DNA from: Candidatus Methylomirabilota bacterium
Lineage (GTDB): Bacteria; Methylomirabilota; Methylomirabilia; Rokubacteriales; CSP1-6
Reading direction: 5' to 3'
Length of the DNA: 52,989 bases
Assembly: GCA_046726415.1 (NCBI GenBank)
Contig: JBKPAK010000051.1
Span: forward strand, 1 to 52,989
Below the pieces are notes generated by a model. The model saw only the letters and a list, made by a program, of their open reading frames with translations, had not been told where the DNA came from and did no database searches. Shown here piece after piece: positions 20,485 to 29,920 of the stretch. The translations under genes were made by a program, and so were the position numbers. The first letter of the stretch is position 1. Each line of letters starts with the position of its first letter.

Positions 20485-21103
20485 GCCCATCGACGTCGTG
20501 GAAGGACTGCTCTTTGCCTCCGACGCCCCTCTGGAGGCCGAGCGCATCCGCGAGGTGCTCAGCCTCGACTCCGAGGACGAGGCTCGCGACGTGGTCGCGA
20601 TGTTGCGCGAACGCTACGAACGCGAGTCCCGCGCTCTGCAGATCACCGAGGTCGCGGGGGGGTATCGCATGGTCACGCGCCCCGAGTTGGCTCCCTGGCT
20701 CATCCGGCTCGCGCGGACGCGCACGCGCGTGCGCTTGTCGCGGGCCGCGCTGGAGGCGCTGGCCATCGTGGCCTACAAGCAGCCGGTGTCCCGACCCGAG
20801 GTGGACGCCGTGCGCGGCGTAAACTCCGAGGGCGTCCTGGACAATTTGCTCGAGCGCCGACTCGTCCGCATTGCCGGGCGCAAAGAGGCGCCGGGCCGAC
20901 CGTTCCTCTTCGAGACGACCCGTGAGTTTCTTGTGGCCTTTGGCCTCCGGGATCTCGACGATCTTCCCAAGGTCGAGGGGGAACTGGTGTTACCCGGTGT
21001 CCCGGGAAGCGAAGATGGAACGGAGGCGGCCGAGCCCGATGGCCAAGCTCCGGCTCAACAAGATCCTGGCCCAGGCGGGTCTGACCTCGCGGCGGGGCGG
21101 TGA
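20477..21103 (+). CDS. scpB: SMC-Scp complex subunit ScpB
   Basis: EGLLFASDAPL, EVAGGY, LSRAALEALAIVAYKQPV, RGVNS, PGRP..TT..FL..FGL..LDDLP. Confidence 0.95.
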   Translation: MPEPIDVVEGLLFASDAPLEAERIREVLSLDSEDEARDVVAMLRERYERESRALQITEVAGGYRMVTRPELAPWLIRLARTRTRVRLSRAALEALAIVAYKQPVSRPEVDAVRGVNSEGVLDNLLERRLVRIAGRKEAPGRPFLFETTREFLVAFGLRDLDDLPKVEGELVLPGVPGSEDGTEAAEPDGQAPAQQDPGPGGSDLAAGR

Positions 21104-21770
21104 CCGCCTGATCCTCGACGGTCGTGTGGCGGTCAACGGAACCGTCACACGCGAGGCGGGCACCCTTGCCGATCCAGCGGCCGACGTCATCACCGTCGAT
21201 GGTCGTCCACTCCCAAGCCGTGAACCCCTGCATTATGTGCTTCTCAATAAACCTCCCGGCTACGTCACCTCGCGATGGGATCCGCGGGGCCGCGCGGTGG
21301 TGACGGACCTCGTTCATGCGCCGGTCAGGCTCTACCCGGTGGGCCGCTTGGACTACGACGTGGAAGGGGCACTGTTATTGACCAACGACGGCCTCCTGAC
21401 CCATCGGCTCTTGCATCCGCGCTACCAGATCGCACGCGTGTACGAGACCGCGGTGCGCGGCAAGGTGACGCCGGCAGATCTCACGCGCTGGCGCCGCGGC
21501 GTGCTGCTCGAGGATGGAGTGGCGCGGCCGATCTCGGTGGAGTTGCTGCAGAGCGGCGCGGAGGAGAGTCGAATCCGCCTGGTGTTCGCCGAGGGACGCA
21601 AGCACGAGGTCAAACGGTACGCCGAGGCGCTCGGGCATCGCGTGCGCCACCTCCGACGGGTGGCCTTCGGACCCATTCGCCTGGGGACCCTTCCGAGTGG
21701 CCAGAGCCGGCCCCTGAGCCCTAGGGAGGTCCGCGCGTTGCGCGCGGCGGTCGCTGACCCGTCGCGCTAG
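21039..21770 (+). CDS. rluB: 23S rRNA pseudouridine synthase, RluB/RsuA family
   Basis: S4 domain RLNKILAQAGLTSRR, LNKPPGY, PVGRLDYD.EG.LLLTNDG, EGRKHEV. Confidence 0.9.
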   Translation: MAKLRLNKILAQAGLTSRRGGDRLILDGRVAVNGTVTREAGTLADPAADVITVDGRPLPSREPLHYVLLNKPPGYVTSRWDPRGRAVVTDLVHAPVRLYPVGRLDYDVEGALLLTNDGLLTHRLLHPRYQIARVYETAVRGKVTPADLTRWRRGVLLEDGVARPISVELLQSGAEESRIRLVFAEGRKHEVKRYAEALGHRVRHLRRVAFGPIRLGTLPSGQSRPLSPREVRALRAAVADPSR

Positions 21771-21800
21771 TTGCGCCTCTCGGAGGCGTTTGCCTATAAT
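21771..21800 (+). promoter_or_regulatory. Sigma70-type promoter for pheA operon
   Basis: TTGCGC (21771-76), 18-bp spacer, TATAAT (21795-800). Confidence 0.6.
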
Positions 21801-21837
21801 GCCAAGGCCTGCGAGAGTAACCGCGGCAGGAGTCCCT

Positions 21838-22899
21838 ATGAACCTGGGCGATTGGCGCTCCAGGATTGACGACCTAGACGACCAAATCCTCAACCTCCTC
21901 AACCAGCGCGCCGAGGCCGCCCTTCAAATAGGAGACCTCAAACGACGGCAGGACGCGCCGTCGTATGTCCCAGAACGCGAGGCGGAGATCCTCCGCCGTC
22001 TCCTGGCGCGCAGTCCCGGACCGCTGGGCGCCGACGCGGTACGCGCGATCTGGGCGGAGATTCTCTCGGGTTGCCGCGTGCTGGAAGGCCCTATGGCGAT
22101 CGCGTACCTCGGCCCCCCGGCGACGTTCACCCACCAGGCCGCGCAGCAGCGCTTCGGCTCCGTGGCCGAGTATCGCCCGGTGCGCACGATCGTCGACGTC
22201 TTCGAGGAGGTCGAGCGCGGACGAGTGCACTTCGGAGTGGTGCCCGTGGAGAACACCACGGAGGGCGCCGTGAACGTGACGCTCGACCGCCTGGCCGAGT
22301 CGAGTGCGATGATCTGCGGCGAGTTGGCCCTCGACATCGCCCAGTACCTTCTGTCGCATGCCCGCGACCTCGGCGAGATCAAGCGCGTGCTGTCCCATCC
22401 TCAGGGACTGGCCCAGTGCCGCGACTGGCTGAGCGCGCACCTGCCGGACGTGCCGCGCGAGGAGGTTCCTTCCACGGCCGGCGCCGCCGAGATCGCCGCT
22501 GTCGATCATTCCGCCGCGGCGATCGCCTCGGAGCTCGCCGGGCAGCTCTATGCTGTTCCCGTGCTGCGCGCGCGCATCGAGGACACCCGGCACAACTCGA
22601 CGCGGTTCCTCGTCATCGGAGCGCGGGCCACCGGCCCCACCGGACGAGACAAGACTTCGATCCTGTTCGCCATGCGCAACGAGCCCGGGACGCTCTACAA
22701 GATCTTGGAACCCTGCGCCCGCCTGGGTATCAATCTCACCAAGATCGAGTCCCGGCCCGCGAAGAGCCGACCGTGGGACTACGTTATCTTCGTCGACCTC
22801 GAGGGGCACCGCCAGAGATCGCCCATGGCCGAGGCCCTCGCCGAGATCGAAAAGCGCACCCTGTTCCTGAAGGTCCTCGGATCGTATCCGGCGGCATAA
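21838..22899 (+). CDS. pheA: Chorismate mutase/prephenate dehydratase
   Basis: RIDDLD..IL.LLN.R, YLGPPATF, PVENTTEG, SHPQ, TRF, NLTKIESRP ACT domain; RBS AGGAG. Confidence 0.96.
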   Translation: MNLGDWRSRIDDLDDQILNLLNQRAEAALQIGDLKRRQDAPSYVPEREAEILRRLLARSPGPLGADAVRAIWAEILSGCRVLEGPMAIAYLGPPATFTHQAAQQRFGSVAEYRPVRTIVDVFEEVERGRVHFGVVPVENTTEGAVNVTLDRLAESSAMICGELALDIAQYLLSHARDLGEIKRVLSHPQGLAQCRDWLSAHLPDVPREEVPSTAGAAEIAAVDHSAAAIASELAGQLYAVPVLRARIEDTRHNSTRFLVIGARATGPTGRDKTSILFAMRNEPGTLYKILEPCARLGINLTKIESRPAKSRPWDYVIFVDLEGHRQRSPMAEALAEIEKRTLFLKVLGSYPAA

Positions 22900-22908
22900 G
22901 GAGAGAGC

Positions 22909-24021
22909 ATGCACGTGCAGTGGGAGTCGCTGGCCAACGAACACATCCTGGGAATCGAGCCGTACGAACCGGGAAAGCCCATCGAAGAGCTGGAGCGGGA
23001 GCTGGGGATCCACGACGCCATCAAGCTGGCCTCCAACGAGAATCCCCTCCCGCCGTCGGCGCGGGTGCAGAAGGCCATCGAGGCGGCGCTGTCCCAGCTC
23101 AACCGCTATCCGGATGACAGCGGGTTCTATCTCCGCCAAGCCCTGGCCAAGAAGCATGGGGTGACGGCAAATCAGATCGTGCTCGGCAACGGGTCCAACG
23201 AGCTGATCGAGCTGATCGTGCACAGCTTCCTGAAGCCGGGCGACGAGGCCGTGGTGCCCCATCCGTCGTTCGTACTCTATCCGATGGTCGTGCAGGCCGC
23301 GGGGGCTATCCGGGTGATGGTGATGCTCAAGGAGTACCGGCTCGATCTGGAGGCGATGGCGCGTGCCATCACTCCGACCACCAAGCTCGTGTTCATCGCC
23401 AACCCCAACAATCCCACGGCGACGATCGTGACGGCCGACGAGGTCGAGCGCTTCATGTCGCGCGTGCCTGATCGCACCATCGTCGTCTTCGATGAGGCCT
23501 ACATGGAGTTCGCCCACGGTCCCGACTTTCCCGACACCTTGGCCTACGCCAAGCAAGGGCGCAAGGTCGTGGTGCTCCGGACTTTCTCCAAGGCCGCCAG
23601 CCTGGCCGGCCTCCGCGTGGGCTACGGCATCGCCGATGCCGACGCCATCTCGCTCATGAACCGCATCCGTCAGCCTTTTAACGTGAACTCCCTGGCCCAG
23701 GCTGCCGCGCTGGCCGCCGTCGACGACGAGGCGCATACGCTGGAGTGCGTGCGGATGATCGAGGCCGGCCGGCACTTTCTCTACGACGGGTTCAAGCGCC
23801 TCGGCCTCCGGTACGTGCCCTCGCGCGCTAACTTCGTCCTCGTCGACGTCGGTCGAAACGCGGGAACGATCTATCAGAAACTCCTGCGCGAGGGCGTCAT
23901 TGTGCGGGCCATGACGTCCTTCGGCATGGAGACCACCCTGCGGGTCAGCGTCGGCACGCCGGAAGAGAATCGACGGCTGGTGAAGGCCCTACAAGCCGCG
24001 CTGGCGGGCGGCGGCACGTGA
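22909..24021 (+). CDS. hisC: Histidinol-phosphate aminotransferase
   Basis: KLASNENP, GNGSNELI, NPNNPT, DEAY, RTFSK, LRVGY. Confidence 0.95.
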   Translation: MHVQWESLANEHILGIEPYEPGKPIEELERELGIHDAIKLASNENPLPPSARVQKAIEAALSQLNRYPDDSGFYLRQALAKKHGVTANQIVLGNGSNELIELIVHSFLKPGDEAVVPHPSFVLYPMVVQAAGAIRVMVMLKEYRLDLEAMARAITPTTKLVFIANPNNPTATIVTADEVERFMSRVPDRTIVVFDEAYMEFAHGPDFPDTLAYAKQGRKVVVLRTFSKAASLAGLRVGYGIADADAISLMNRIRQPFNVNSLAQAAALAAVDDEAHTLECVRMIEAGRHFLYDGFKRLGLRYVPSRANFVLVDVGRNAGTIYQKLLREGVIVRAMTSFGMETTLRVSVGTPEENRRLVKALQAALAGGGT

Positions 24022-24866
24022 TCCAGCGCCTGGCCATCGTTGGGATCGGACTGCTCGGTGGCTCCGTCGCGAAGGCGGCGCGAGCCCGCGGGATCGCGCG
24101 GACGATCGTCGGCATCGGTCGCGACCAAACCCGACTGGCCAGTCCCCTCCGGGACGGCACCCTCGATCATGCGACCACGGACCTCGCGGTCGGCCTTCGC
24201 GACGCCGACGTCGTCGTCTTGGCGGCCCCCGTGTTGGTCATCGAGCGGGTGCTCCCAGTGGTGGCCGCCGCGGTGCACGCGGAGACGCTGGTCACAGACG
24301 TGGGGAGCACCAAAGCCTCCATCGTCAGGGCGGCCGAGGCTCTGGCTGCCGGGAGGCCCTTTCGATTCGTGGGGAGCCACCCCATGGCGGGATCCGAGCG
24401 CGCGGGATACGGCGTGGCACGGGCCGATTTGTTCGAGAAGGCGACGGTCATCGTGACCCCGACCGACGCGACCTCCCCACGCTCGGTGAAGGAGGTCACC
24501 GCCTTGTGGGAGGCGATGGGCGCCCGGGTGAGTCAACTCGAGCCGATGACCCACGACCGCGTGGTGGCGGCCATCAGTCATCTGCCGCACCTGGTCGCGT
24601 TCGCCGTCGTGGCGGCCGCTCATCGCTTCGAGCCGTCGTCCTTCGGCTTCGCGGCGCGGGGATTCAAGGACACCACGCGCGTGGCGGCGTCGGATCCGGT
24701 GGTCTGGCAGGAGATCTTCCACGGCAACCGCGATGCGCTGCTGGCCAGTGCGGCGAGCTTCCGGGCGGCCCTGGTCGAGATCGAACGTCTCGTGGAAGCC
24801 GGCGATGTCACCGGACTCCAAGAGTGGATCGCCGGCGTCAAGGCATTGCGCGAGACATTGGCATGA
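24018..24866 (+). CDS. tyrA: Prephenate/arogenate dehydrogenase
   Basis: GIGLLGGS, TDVGSTK, HPMAGSE, HD...A.ISHLPH, GFKDTTRVA. Confidence 0.94.
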   Translation: MIQRLAIVGIGLLGGSVAKAARARGIARTIVGIGRDQTRLASPLRDGTLDHATTDLAVGLRDADVVVLAAPVLVIERVLPVVAAAVHAETLVTDVGSTKASIVRAAEALAAGRPFRFVGSHPMAGSERAGYGVARADLFEKATVIVTPTDATSPRSVKEVTALWEAMGARVSQLEPMTHDRVVAAISHLPHLVAFAVVAAAHRFEPSSFGFAARGFKDTTRVAASDPVVWQEIFHGNRDALLASAASFRAALVEIERLVEAGDVTGLQEWIAGVKALRETLA

Positions 24867-25063
24867 AGCGGTGGATACGTCGGGTCCAACGGTTCGAGGG
24901 GCGATCATCGAGGGCCACGTCGATTTCCCACCGGGCCACGCGGTTCGGCGCCGATAGAGAGACGGGGATCGACGAGGCGGCGTGCATTCCCCGATCATTT
25001 CCGAAGTTTCCGGAGCCAGGCAACCGGCTGGTTGGAGTGACCGCCATCACGGGGGAAGGGTGA
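24863..25063 (+). pseudogene. aroA: aroA (EPSP synthase) relic: N-terminus fused to C-terminus by a large internal deletion (66 codons)
   Basis: MKRWIRRVQRFEG...SISHRA (cf. PGDKSISHRA) followed directly by ETGIDEAACIPRSFPKF (cf. C-terminal ..I.D..CV..SFP.F); occupies the canonical slot between tyrA and cmk with start/stop overlaps. Confidence 0.75.
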
Positions 25064-25740
25064 GGGAACGCGAGCCAGTGGTCGCCATCGATGGTCCCGC
25101 GGGAGCCGGTAAGAGTACCGCCGCCCGCATGCTGGCGCGCAGGCTGGGGTACCGTTGGCTCAACACGGGGAGCATGTACCGCGCAGTGGCATGGAGCGTG
25201 GCGCGAGCGCACATTCCCCCCGTCGACGGGCCACCCCTTCGCCGACATCTGGCGGCCCTGCGGGTCTCCGTCGATGGCGAGCGGGTGAGCGTAGACAGTC
25301 GGGACGTGAGCGACGAAATCCACACGCCCGAGATCAGCGAGTTGACATCGCACCTCACGACGTTGGCGCCCGTCCGCGAGAAGCTCACGCCCCTTCAGAG
25401 AGAGTTGGCCACGCCCGGTGGGGTCGTCTTGGATGGGCGCGACACTGGAACGGTGATCTGTCCCGACGCCGAAGTGAAGTTCTATCTCGACGCCTCGCTC
25501 GATACCCGCGCCCGGCGGCGGCAGGTGGAGTTGGCCGCGCGAGGGGTCGAGATGGACCTCGACGAGGTGCGCCAGCAGGTGCAGGCACGGGACCGGCAGG
25601 ACACGGAGCGCGCGCTGGCCCCGCTGCGGAAGGCCGTGGACGCCATCGTCCTCGATTCCAGCGCGCTGACCGTGGAGCAGGTCGTCGCCTCGATGGTGTG
25701 CACGGTGAAAGGTCGGCGGGCGTGCTGTACGAGATCCTGA
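25060..25740 (+). CDS. cmk: Cytidylate kinase
   Basis: AIDGPAGAGKST, TGSMYRA, DGRDTGTVICPDA.VK.YL.AS, RDRQD.ER..APL. Confidence 0.95.
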   Translation: MREREPVVAIDGPAGAGKSTAARMLARRLGYRWLNTGSMYRAVAWSVARAHIPPVDGPPLRRHLAALRVSVDGERVSVDSRDVSDEIHTPEISELTSHLTTLAPVREKLTPLQRELATPGGVVLDGRDTGTVICPDAEVKFYLDASLDTRARRRQVELAARGVEMDLDEVRQQVQARDRQDTERALAPLRKAVDAIVLDSSALTVEQVVASMVCTVKGRRACCTRS

Positions 25741-26420
25741 AACCACTCGCGGTGTTCTTCATGCGGCGGATGTTCCGCCTTACCAGTGTGGATCGGCACC
25801 ACGTGCCGGCCACCGGACCGGTGCTGTTGGTCTCGAATCACCTGAGCGTCTTGGATCCACCGCTCGTGGGAGGCGCGACCGACCGGCAGCTCTCGTTCCT
25901 CGCCAAAGCCGAACTGTTCAAGATCCCGCTGTTCGGCCGGCTGATCCGCGGGCTGAACGCGCGGCCGGTTCGCCGGGACGGAGCGGACGCTTCCGCTCTG
26001 CGCGACGCGCTTCGCGCGCTCGGAGAAGGACGAGCCCTCCTCGTGTTCCCCGAGGGCACGCGCGGGCAAGATGGGGAGCTGCGTGCGGCCAAAGCGGGGG
26101 CCGGGATGCTCGCCGTGCTGAGCGCCGCGCCGGTCGTGCCGGTGTACATCACCGGCAGCGGTCGGGCGTGGCCCAAAGGCCGGCGCTTGCCCCGGCGGAG
26201 CAAGGTCACGGTGACCTTCGGGCCGCCTCTGACCCTCAGCGAGGACCGCTCACGAGCGCGCAAGGAGCGCTACGCGGGCGCGAGCCGCGCGATGATGACG
26301 GCCATTGCCGAGCTCCGCGATCGCGCGGCCGGGGCGACCCCAAGCCAGGTACCATGGCAGGACGTACGAGCGGTGGGCGGGGCGGGCGTGACAGCCCAGA
26401 GCCCGACCCAAAATCCCTAG
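25722..26420 (+). CDS. plsC: 1-acyl-sn-glycerol-3-phosphate acyltransferase
   Basis: SNHLSVLDP, FLAKAELF, VFPEGTR. Confidence 0.88.
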   Translation: MLYEILKPLAVFFMRRMFRLTSVDRHHVPATGPVLLVSNHLSVLDPPLVGGATDRQLSFLAKAELFKIPLFGRLIRGLNARPVRRDGADASALRDALRALGEGRALLVFPEGTRGQDGELRAAKAGAGMLAVLSAAPVVPVYITGSGRAWPKGRRLPRRSKVTVTFGPPLTLSEDRSRARKERYAGASRAMMTAIAELRDRAAGATPSQVPWQDVRAVGGAGVTAQSPTQNP

Positions 26421-26435
26421 GGAGGACGCAGCGGC

Positions 26436-28148
26436 ATGGAGAAGGAGCAGACCCGCACTAACCTCGGCTTTGGAAAGGAGGGTGCTCGCGACGCCGAGGA
26501 ACGGATGGAGGACTGGTATACCGAGGGCACCACCAGCGAGGTCGAAGAAGGTGAAGTCGTTCGCGGGCGGGTCGTGCATATCGGGACCAGCGAGGTCCTC
26601 GTTGATGTCGGGTATAAGAGCGAGGGCGCGATCCCCATCGATGAGTTTCGCGGGGCGCTTCCCAAGGTAGGCGAGGAGATCGAGGTCTACCTGGAGGCGA
26701 AGGAGGATTCGGAAGGGCTGATCGTCCTCTCCAAAGACAAGGCGGACAAGATCAAGGTCTGGGACGCCATCACGCGCGCCTACGAGAAGGGCGCCGCGGT
26801 AGAGGGCCGGGTCGTGGAGGTGGTGAAGGGCGGTCTCGCCGTCGATATCGGCGTGAAGGCCTTCCTGCCCGGCTCGCAGGTCGACTTGCGCCCGATCAAG
26901 AACCTCGGCTCGATGATGGGCCATACCATCCGGGCCAAGGTCATCAAGCTCAACCGCCGCCGGGGCAACGTGGTGCTCTCCCGCCGCACCCTCCTGGAGG
27001 AGGAGCGCGAGGACAAGAAGAAACACACCTTGGAGGTTCTGGCCGAGGGCATGGTCATGATCGGCGTGGTGAAGAACATCACCGACTACGGGGCTTTCGT
27101 CGACCTCGGCGGCATCGATGGCCTCCTGCACGTCACCGATATGTCCTGGGGCCGCGTCGGGCATCCCTCGGAGATCTTCCAGGTCGGCGACCAGATCGAG
27201 GTGATGGTCCTGCACTTCGATCGGGAGTCTGGCCGGGTGTCTCTCGGCTACAAGCAGAAATCGTCCGATCCGTGGGAGCGCGTAGAGCAGACCTATCCAC
27301 CGGGCACCAAGACGCACGGCAAGGTGGTGAGTCTCACGAACTACGGCGCCTTCGTGGAGCTGGAACCGGGGGTCGAGGGGCTGGTGCACGTCTCGGAAAT
27401 GTCGTGGACGCGCCGCGTCCGCCACCCGTCGAAGCTGGTCAATGTGGGAGACGACGTCGACGTAGTGGTGCTGGACGTCAACAAGCAAGCCAAACGGATC
27501 TCACTCGGCATGAAGCAGGTCGAAGCCGATCCCTGGGAGACGATCGACGAACGGTACCGCCCGGGACAGCGAGTGGCCGGCAAGGTCCGCAACCTCACGG
27601 ATTTCGGAGCGTTCGTCGAGTTGGAGCCCGGGGTGGACGGCCTCCTGCACATCTCGGACATGTCCTGGACGCGCAACGTCGGCCATCCGTCGGAGATCCT
27701 GAAGAAGGGGCAGGACATCGAAACCCAGATCCTGAACGTCGACCGAGAGAACAAGCGGATCAGCCTCGGGCTCAAGCAGATCCAGCCCGACCCCTGGACG
27801 ACCGTGGCCCAGCGCTACCCCATGGGCTCGCGGGTCACGGGCAAGGTCGTGCGGCTCACCGACTTCGGCGCGTTCGTGGAGCTGGAACCAGGCGTGGACG
27901 GGTTGCTGCACATCTCTCAGATGGCCAATCGGCCGATTGGCCGGCCCGACGAACTCGTGAGCGTGGGTGACGAGCTCGGGCTGCTGGTGATCCGAGTCGA
28001 TCCGCACGAACGCCGCATCGGTCTCAGCCTCAAGGAATTGGCCCACGCCGTGGAGCCCCCGCGCGAGGTCGACGAGCGTGGTGGCCACGGACGGCGTGGC
28101 CGTCGAGGCAAGCAGCGGGACGACTACGACTACGAAGACGAGGAGTAG
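26436..28148 (+). CDS. rpsA: 30S ribosomal protein S1
   Basis: Tandem S1 domains (YGAFVDLGGIDGLLHVTDMSW etc.); RBS GGAGG. Confidence 0.98.
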   Translation: MEKEQTRTNLGFGKEGARDAEERMEDWYTEGTTSEVEEGEVVRGRVVHIGTSEVLVDVGYKSEGAIPIDEFRGALPKVGEEIEVYLEAKEDSEGLIVLSKDKADKIKVWDAITRAYEKGAAVEGRVVEVVKGGLAVDIGVKAFLPGSQVDLRPIKNLGSMMGHTIRAKVIKLNRRRGNVVLSRRTLLEEEREDKKKHTLEVLAEGMVMIGVVKNITDYGAFVDLGGIDGLLHVTDMSWGRVGHPSEIFQVGDQIEVMVLHFDRESGRVSLGYKQKSSDPWERVEQTYPPGTKTHGKVVSLTNYGAFVELEPGVEGLVHVSEMSWTRRVRHPSKLVNVGDDVDVVVLDVNKQAKRISLGMKQVEADPWETIDERYRPGQRVAGKVRNLTDFGAFVELEPGVDGLLHISDMSWTRNVGHPSEILKKGQDIETQILNVDRENKRISLGLKQIQPDPWTTVAQRYPMGSRVTGKVVRLTDFGAFVELEPGVDGLLHISQMANRPIGRPDELVSVGDELGLLVIRVDPHERRIGLSLKELAHAVEPPREVDERGGHGRRGRRGKQRDDYDYEDEE

Positions 28149-28152
28149 GCGC

Positions 28153-29040
28153 GTGGCGAGGCGAGCGTTCGTCCTCGGGACGAGCCTCGTCATCTACCTC
28201 GTGGTGGTTGCGCTATTCGTCATGACCCTCCGCGCTTTCGCGCGGCCCGGGGCTGAAGGTTTCGGCTTCGGGCCGCGGGTGGCCGTGGTCGAGCTGGACG
28301 GGGTCATCATCGACACCGGCGAGCTGATTCGCGATTTGCGACAGCATCGCGAGGATCCGCTGGTCAAGGCCGTGGTGATCCGGATCAACAGTCCGGGTGG
28401 CGTGGTGGCGCCGACCCAGGAGCTGCATACGGCCCTCATGCGAGTCCGCAATGCGGGCAAGCCGGTGGTGGCGTCGCTCGGAGCGGTGGCGGCATCGGGG
28501 GGCTACTACGTCGCGGTGGCGGCCGATCGCATCTACGCCAACCCCGGAACGCTCACCGGTTCCATCGGGGTCATCATGCAGCTGGCGAATCTCGAGTCTC
28601 TCTTCAAGAAAGTCGGCGTCGATTGGGTCGTGGTCAAAGCCGGCCAGTTCAAGGATATCGGCAACATCGCGCGGCCCATGAGCGTCGAAGAGCGACGCGT
28701 GCTGCAGGCCTTGCTGGACGACGTCCACGGGCAGTTCGTAGTCGCCGTCGCCGACGGGCGCAAGCTCGACCGCGCCGAGGTCGCGATCATCGCCGATGGT
28801 CGGATCTTCTCCGGGGCGCAAGCCAAGGCGCAGCGCATGGTGGACGAGATGGGTGGACTCGAGGATGCGATCAACGGCGCGGCCGCACTGGCCGGGATTC
28901 CGACGCCCCCGAGGCTCATCATGCCCAGACGCCGATTCTCCCTCGGGGAATTCCTCCGCAACTCCGTGGGGCTTTCTGCGCTCACCGCGTTCAGGCCGGA
29001 CTTGCCCAGCTTCAAGACACCCCTCTACCTCATGGACTGA
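28153..29040 (+). CDS. sppA: Signal peptide peptidase SppA (S49)
   Basis: RINSPGG, AASGGYY, TGSIGV, K.G.FKD, DGRIFSG. Confidence 0.93.
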   Translation: MARRAFVLGTSLVIYLVVVALFVMTLRAFARPGAEGFGFGPRVAVVELDGVIIDTGELIRDLRQHREDPLVKAVVIRINSPGGVVAPTQELHTALMRVRNAGKPVVASLGAVAASGGYYVAVAADRIYANPGTLTGSIGVIMQLANLESLFKKVGVDWVVVKAGQFKDIGNIARPMSVEERRVLQALLDDVHGQFVVAVADGRKLDRAEVAIIADGRIFSGAQAKAQRMVDEMGGLEDAINGAAALAGIPTPPRLIMPRRRFSLGEFLRNSVGLSALTAFRPDLPSFKTPLYLMD

Positions 29041-29076
29041 CCCAGCGTGGTCCCGTCATCTAAGTGCCTACCAAAG

Positions 29077-29106
29077 TTGACATTATTGAAATCGGCATGG
29101 TAAGGT
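29077..29106 (+). promoter_or_regulatory. Sigma70-type promoter for ihfB
   Basis: TTGACA (29077-82), AT-rich spacer, TGG-TAAGGT extended -10-like (29101-06). Confidence 0.55.
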
Positions 29107-29142
29107 CCCCCTCAGGTTCAAGCGCCGGACACGGGGTGGACG

Positions 29143-29418
29143 ATGACGAAAGCGGAGCTGATCGACGAAGTCTCCAAGCTGTCGAACCTGACCAAGAAAG
29201 AGACAGAAACGATCGTCAACACCATCTTCGACAACATTACGGACGCGCTCGCCCAGGGCGACAAAGTCGAATTGCGCGGGTTTGGGAGCTTCCGAATCCG
29301 CCGGCGCAACTCGCGCAAGGGTCGAAATCCCAAGACCGGTTCGTCGGTCGAGGTCCCCGAAAAGCGCGTTCCGTTCTTCAAGGTCGGCAAGCGGCTCCGC
29401 GAGCTGGTCAACACCTAG
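29143..29418 (+). CDS. ihfB: Integration host factor beta subunit
   Basis: MTKAELI, VELRGFGSF, GRNPKTG, VPFFK.GK.LRE; follows rpsA-sppA. Confidence 0.9.
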   Translation: MTKAELIDEVSKLSNLTKKETETIVNTIFDNITDALAQGDKVELRGFGSFRIRRRNSRKGRNPKTGSSVEVPEKRVPFFKVGKRLRELVNT

Positions 29419-29434
29419 TTTCGCATTCCCGCGC

Positions 29435-29920
29435 GTGGACCGCCTGTGGGCGCCTTGGCGGATGGCGTATTTGAGCGGTGCCCTACCCCCCGCGACCGGC
29501 TGCTTCCTCTGCGACGCCCGAACCACTGATGACGACCGCGCCAGCTTGGTCGTGGCGAGGCGCGGACGGGCCTTTCTGATGCTCAACGCATACCCCTACG
29601 CCTCCGGGCATCTCATGGCGGTGGTCAATTCGCACGTCGGGACGATCGAGCACGTCGAGACGGGCGAATTGCACGACGCCCTCGCTCTCGTCACGGAAGC
29701 GACGACCATGCTCAAGGCCGAGTACCGGCCGGACGGCTTCAACATCGGCGTCAATCAAGGTCGGGCGGCCGGGGCCGGCGTGCCAGAGCATCTGCACGTG
29801 CACGTCGTTCCCCGCTGGCAGGGGGATCTCAACTTCATGCCTGTGCTCGGCGACGTCCGGGTACTCCCGGAGACGCTCGACCAGACCTGGACGCGCCTGC
29901 GAGGACGGTGTGGTGTCTGA
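29435..29920 (+). CDS. HIT family hydrolase (Ap4A phosphorylase-like)
   Basis: LWAPWRM.Y, C.LC, LNAYPYASGHLM, HLHVHVVPRW. Confidence 0.92.
   Translation: MDRLWAPWRMAYLSGALPPATGCFLCDARTTDDDRASLVVARRGRAFLMLNAYPYASGHLMAVVNSHVGTIEHVETGELHDALALVTEATTMLKAEYRPDGFNIGVNQGRAAGAGVPEHLHVHVVPRWQGDLNFMPVLGDVRVLPETLDQTWTRLRGRCGV

Noticed and set aside
21874-23775. 633-aa antisense ORF, and similar long antisense or alternate-frame ORFs (8101-9810, 11275-12774, 33688-35097, 47093-48706)
   Set aside because: They are shadow ORFs of high-GC codon usage opposite clearly identified genes, with no recognisable motifs.
27000-28040. Recurrent nucleotide repeats in rpsA
   Set aside because: These are ordinary tandem S1 domains.
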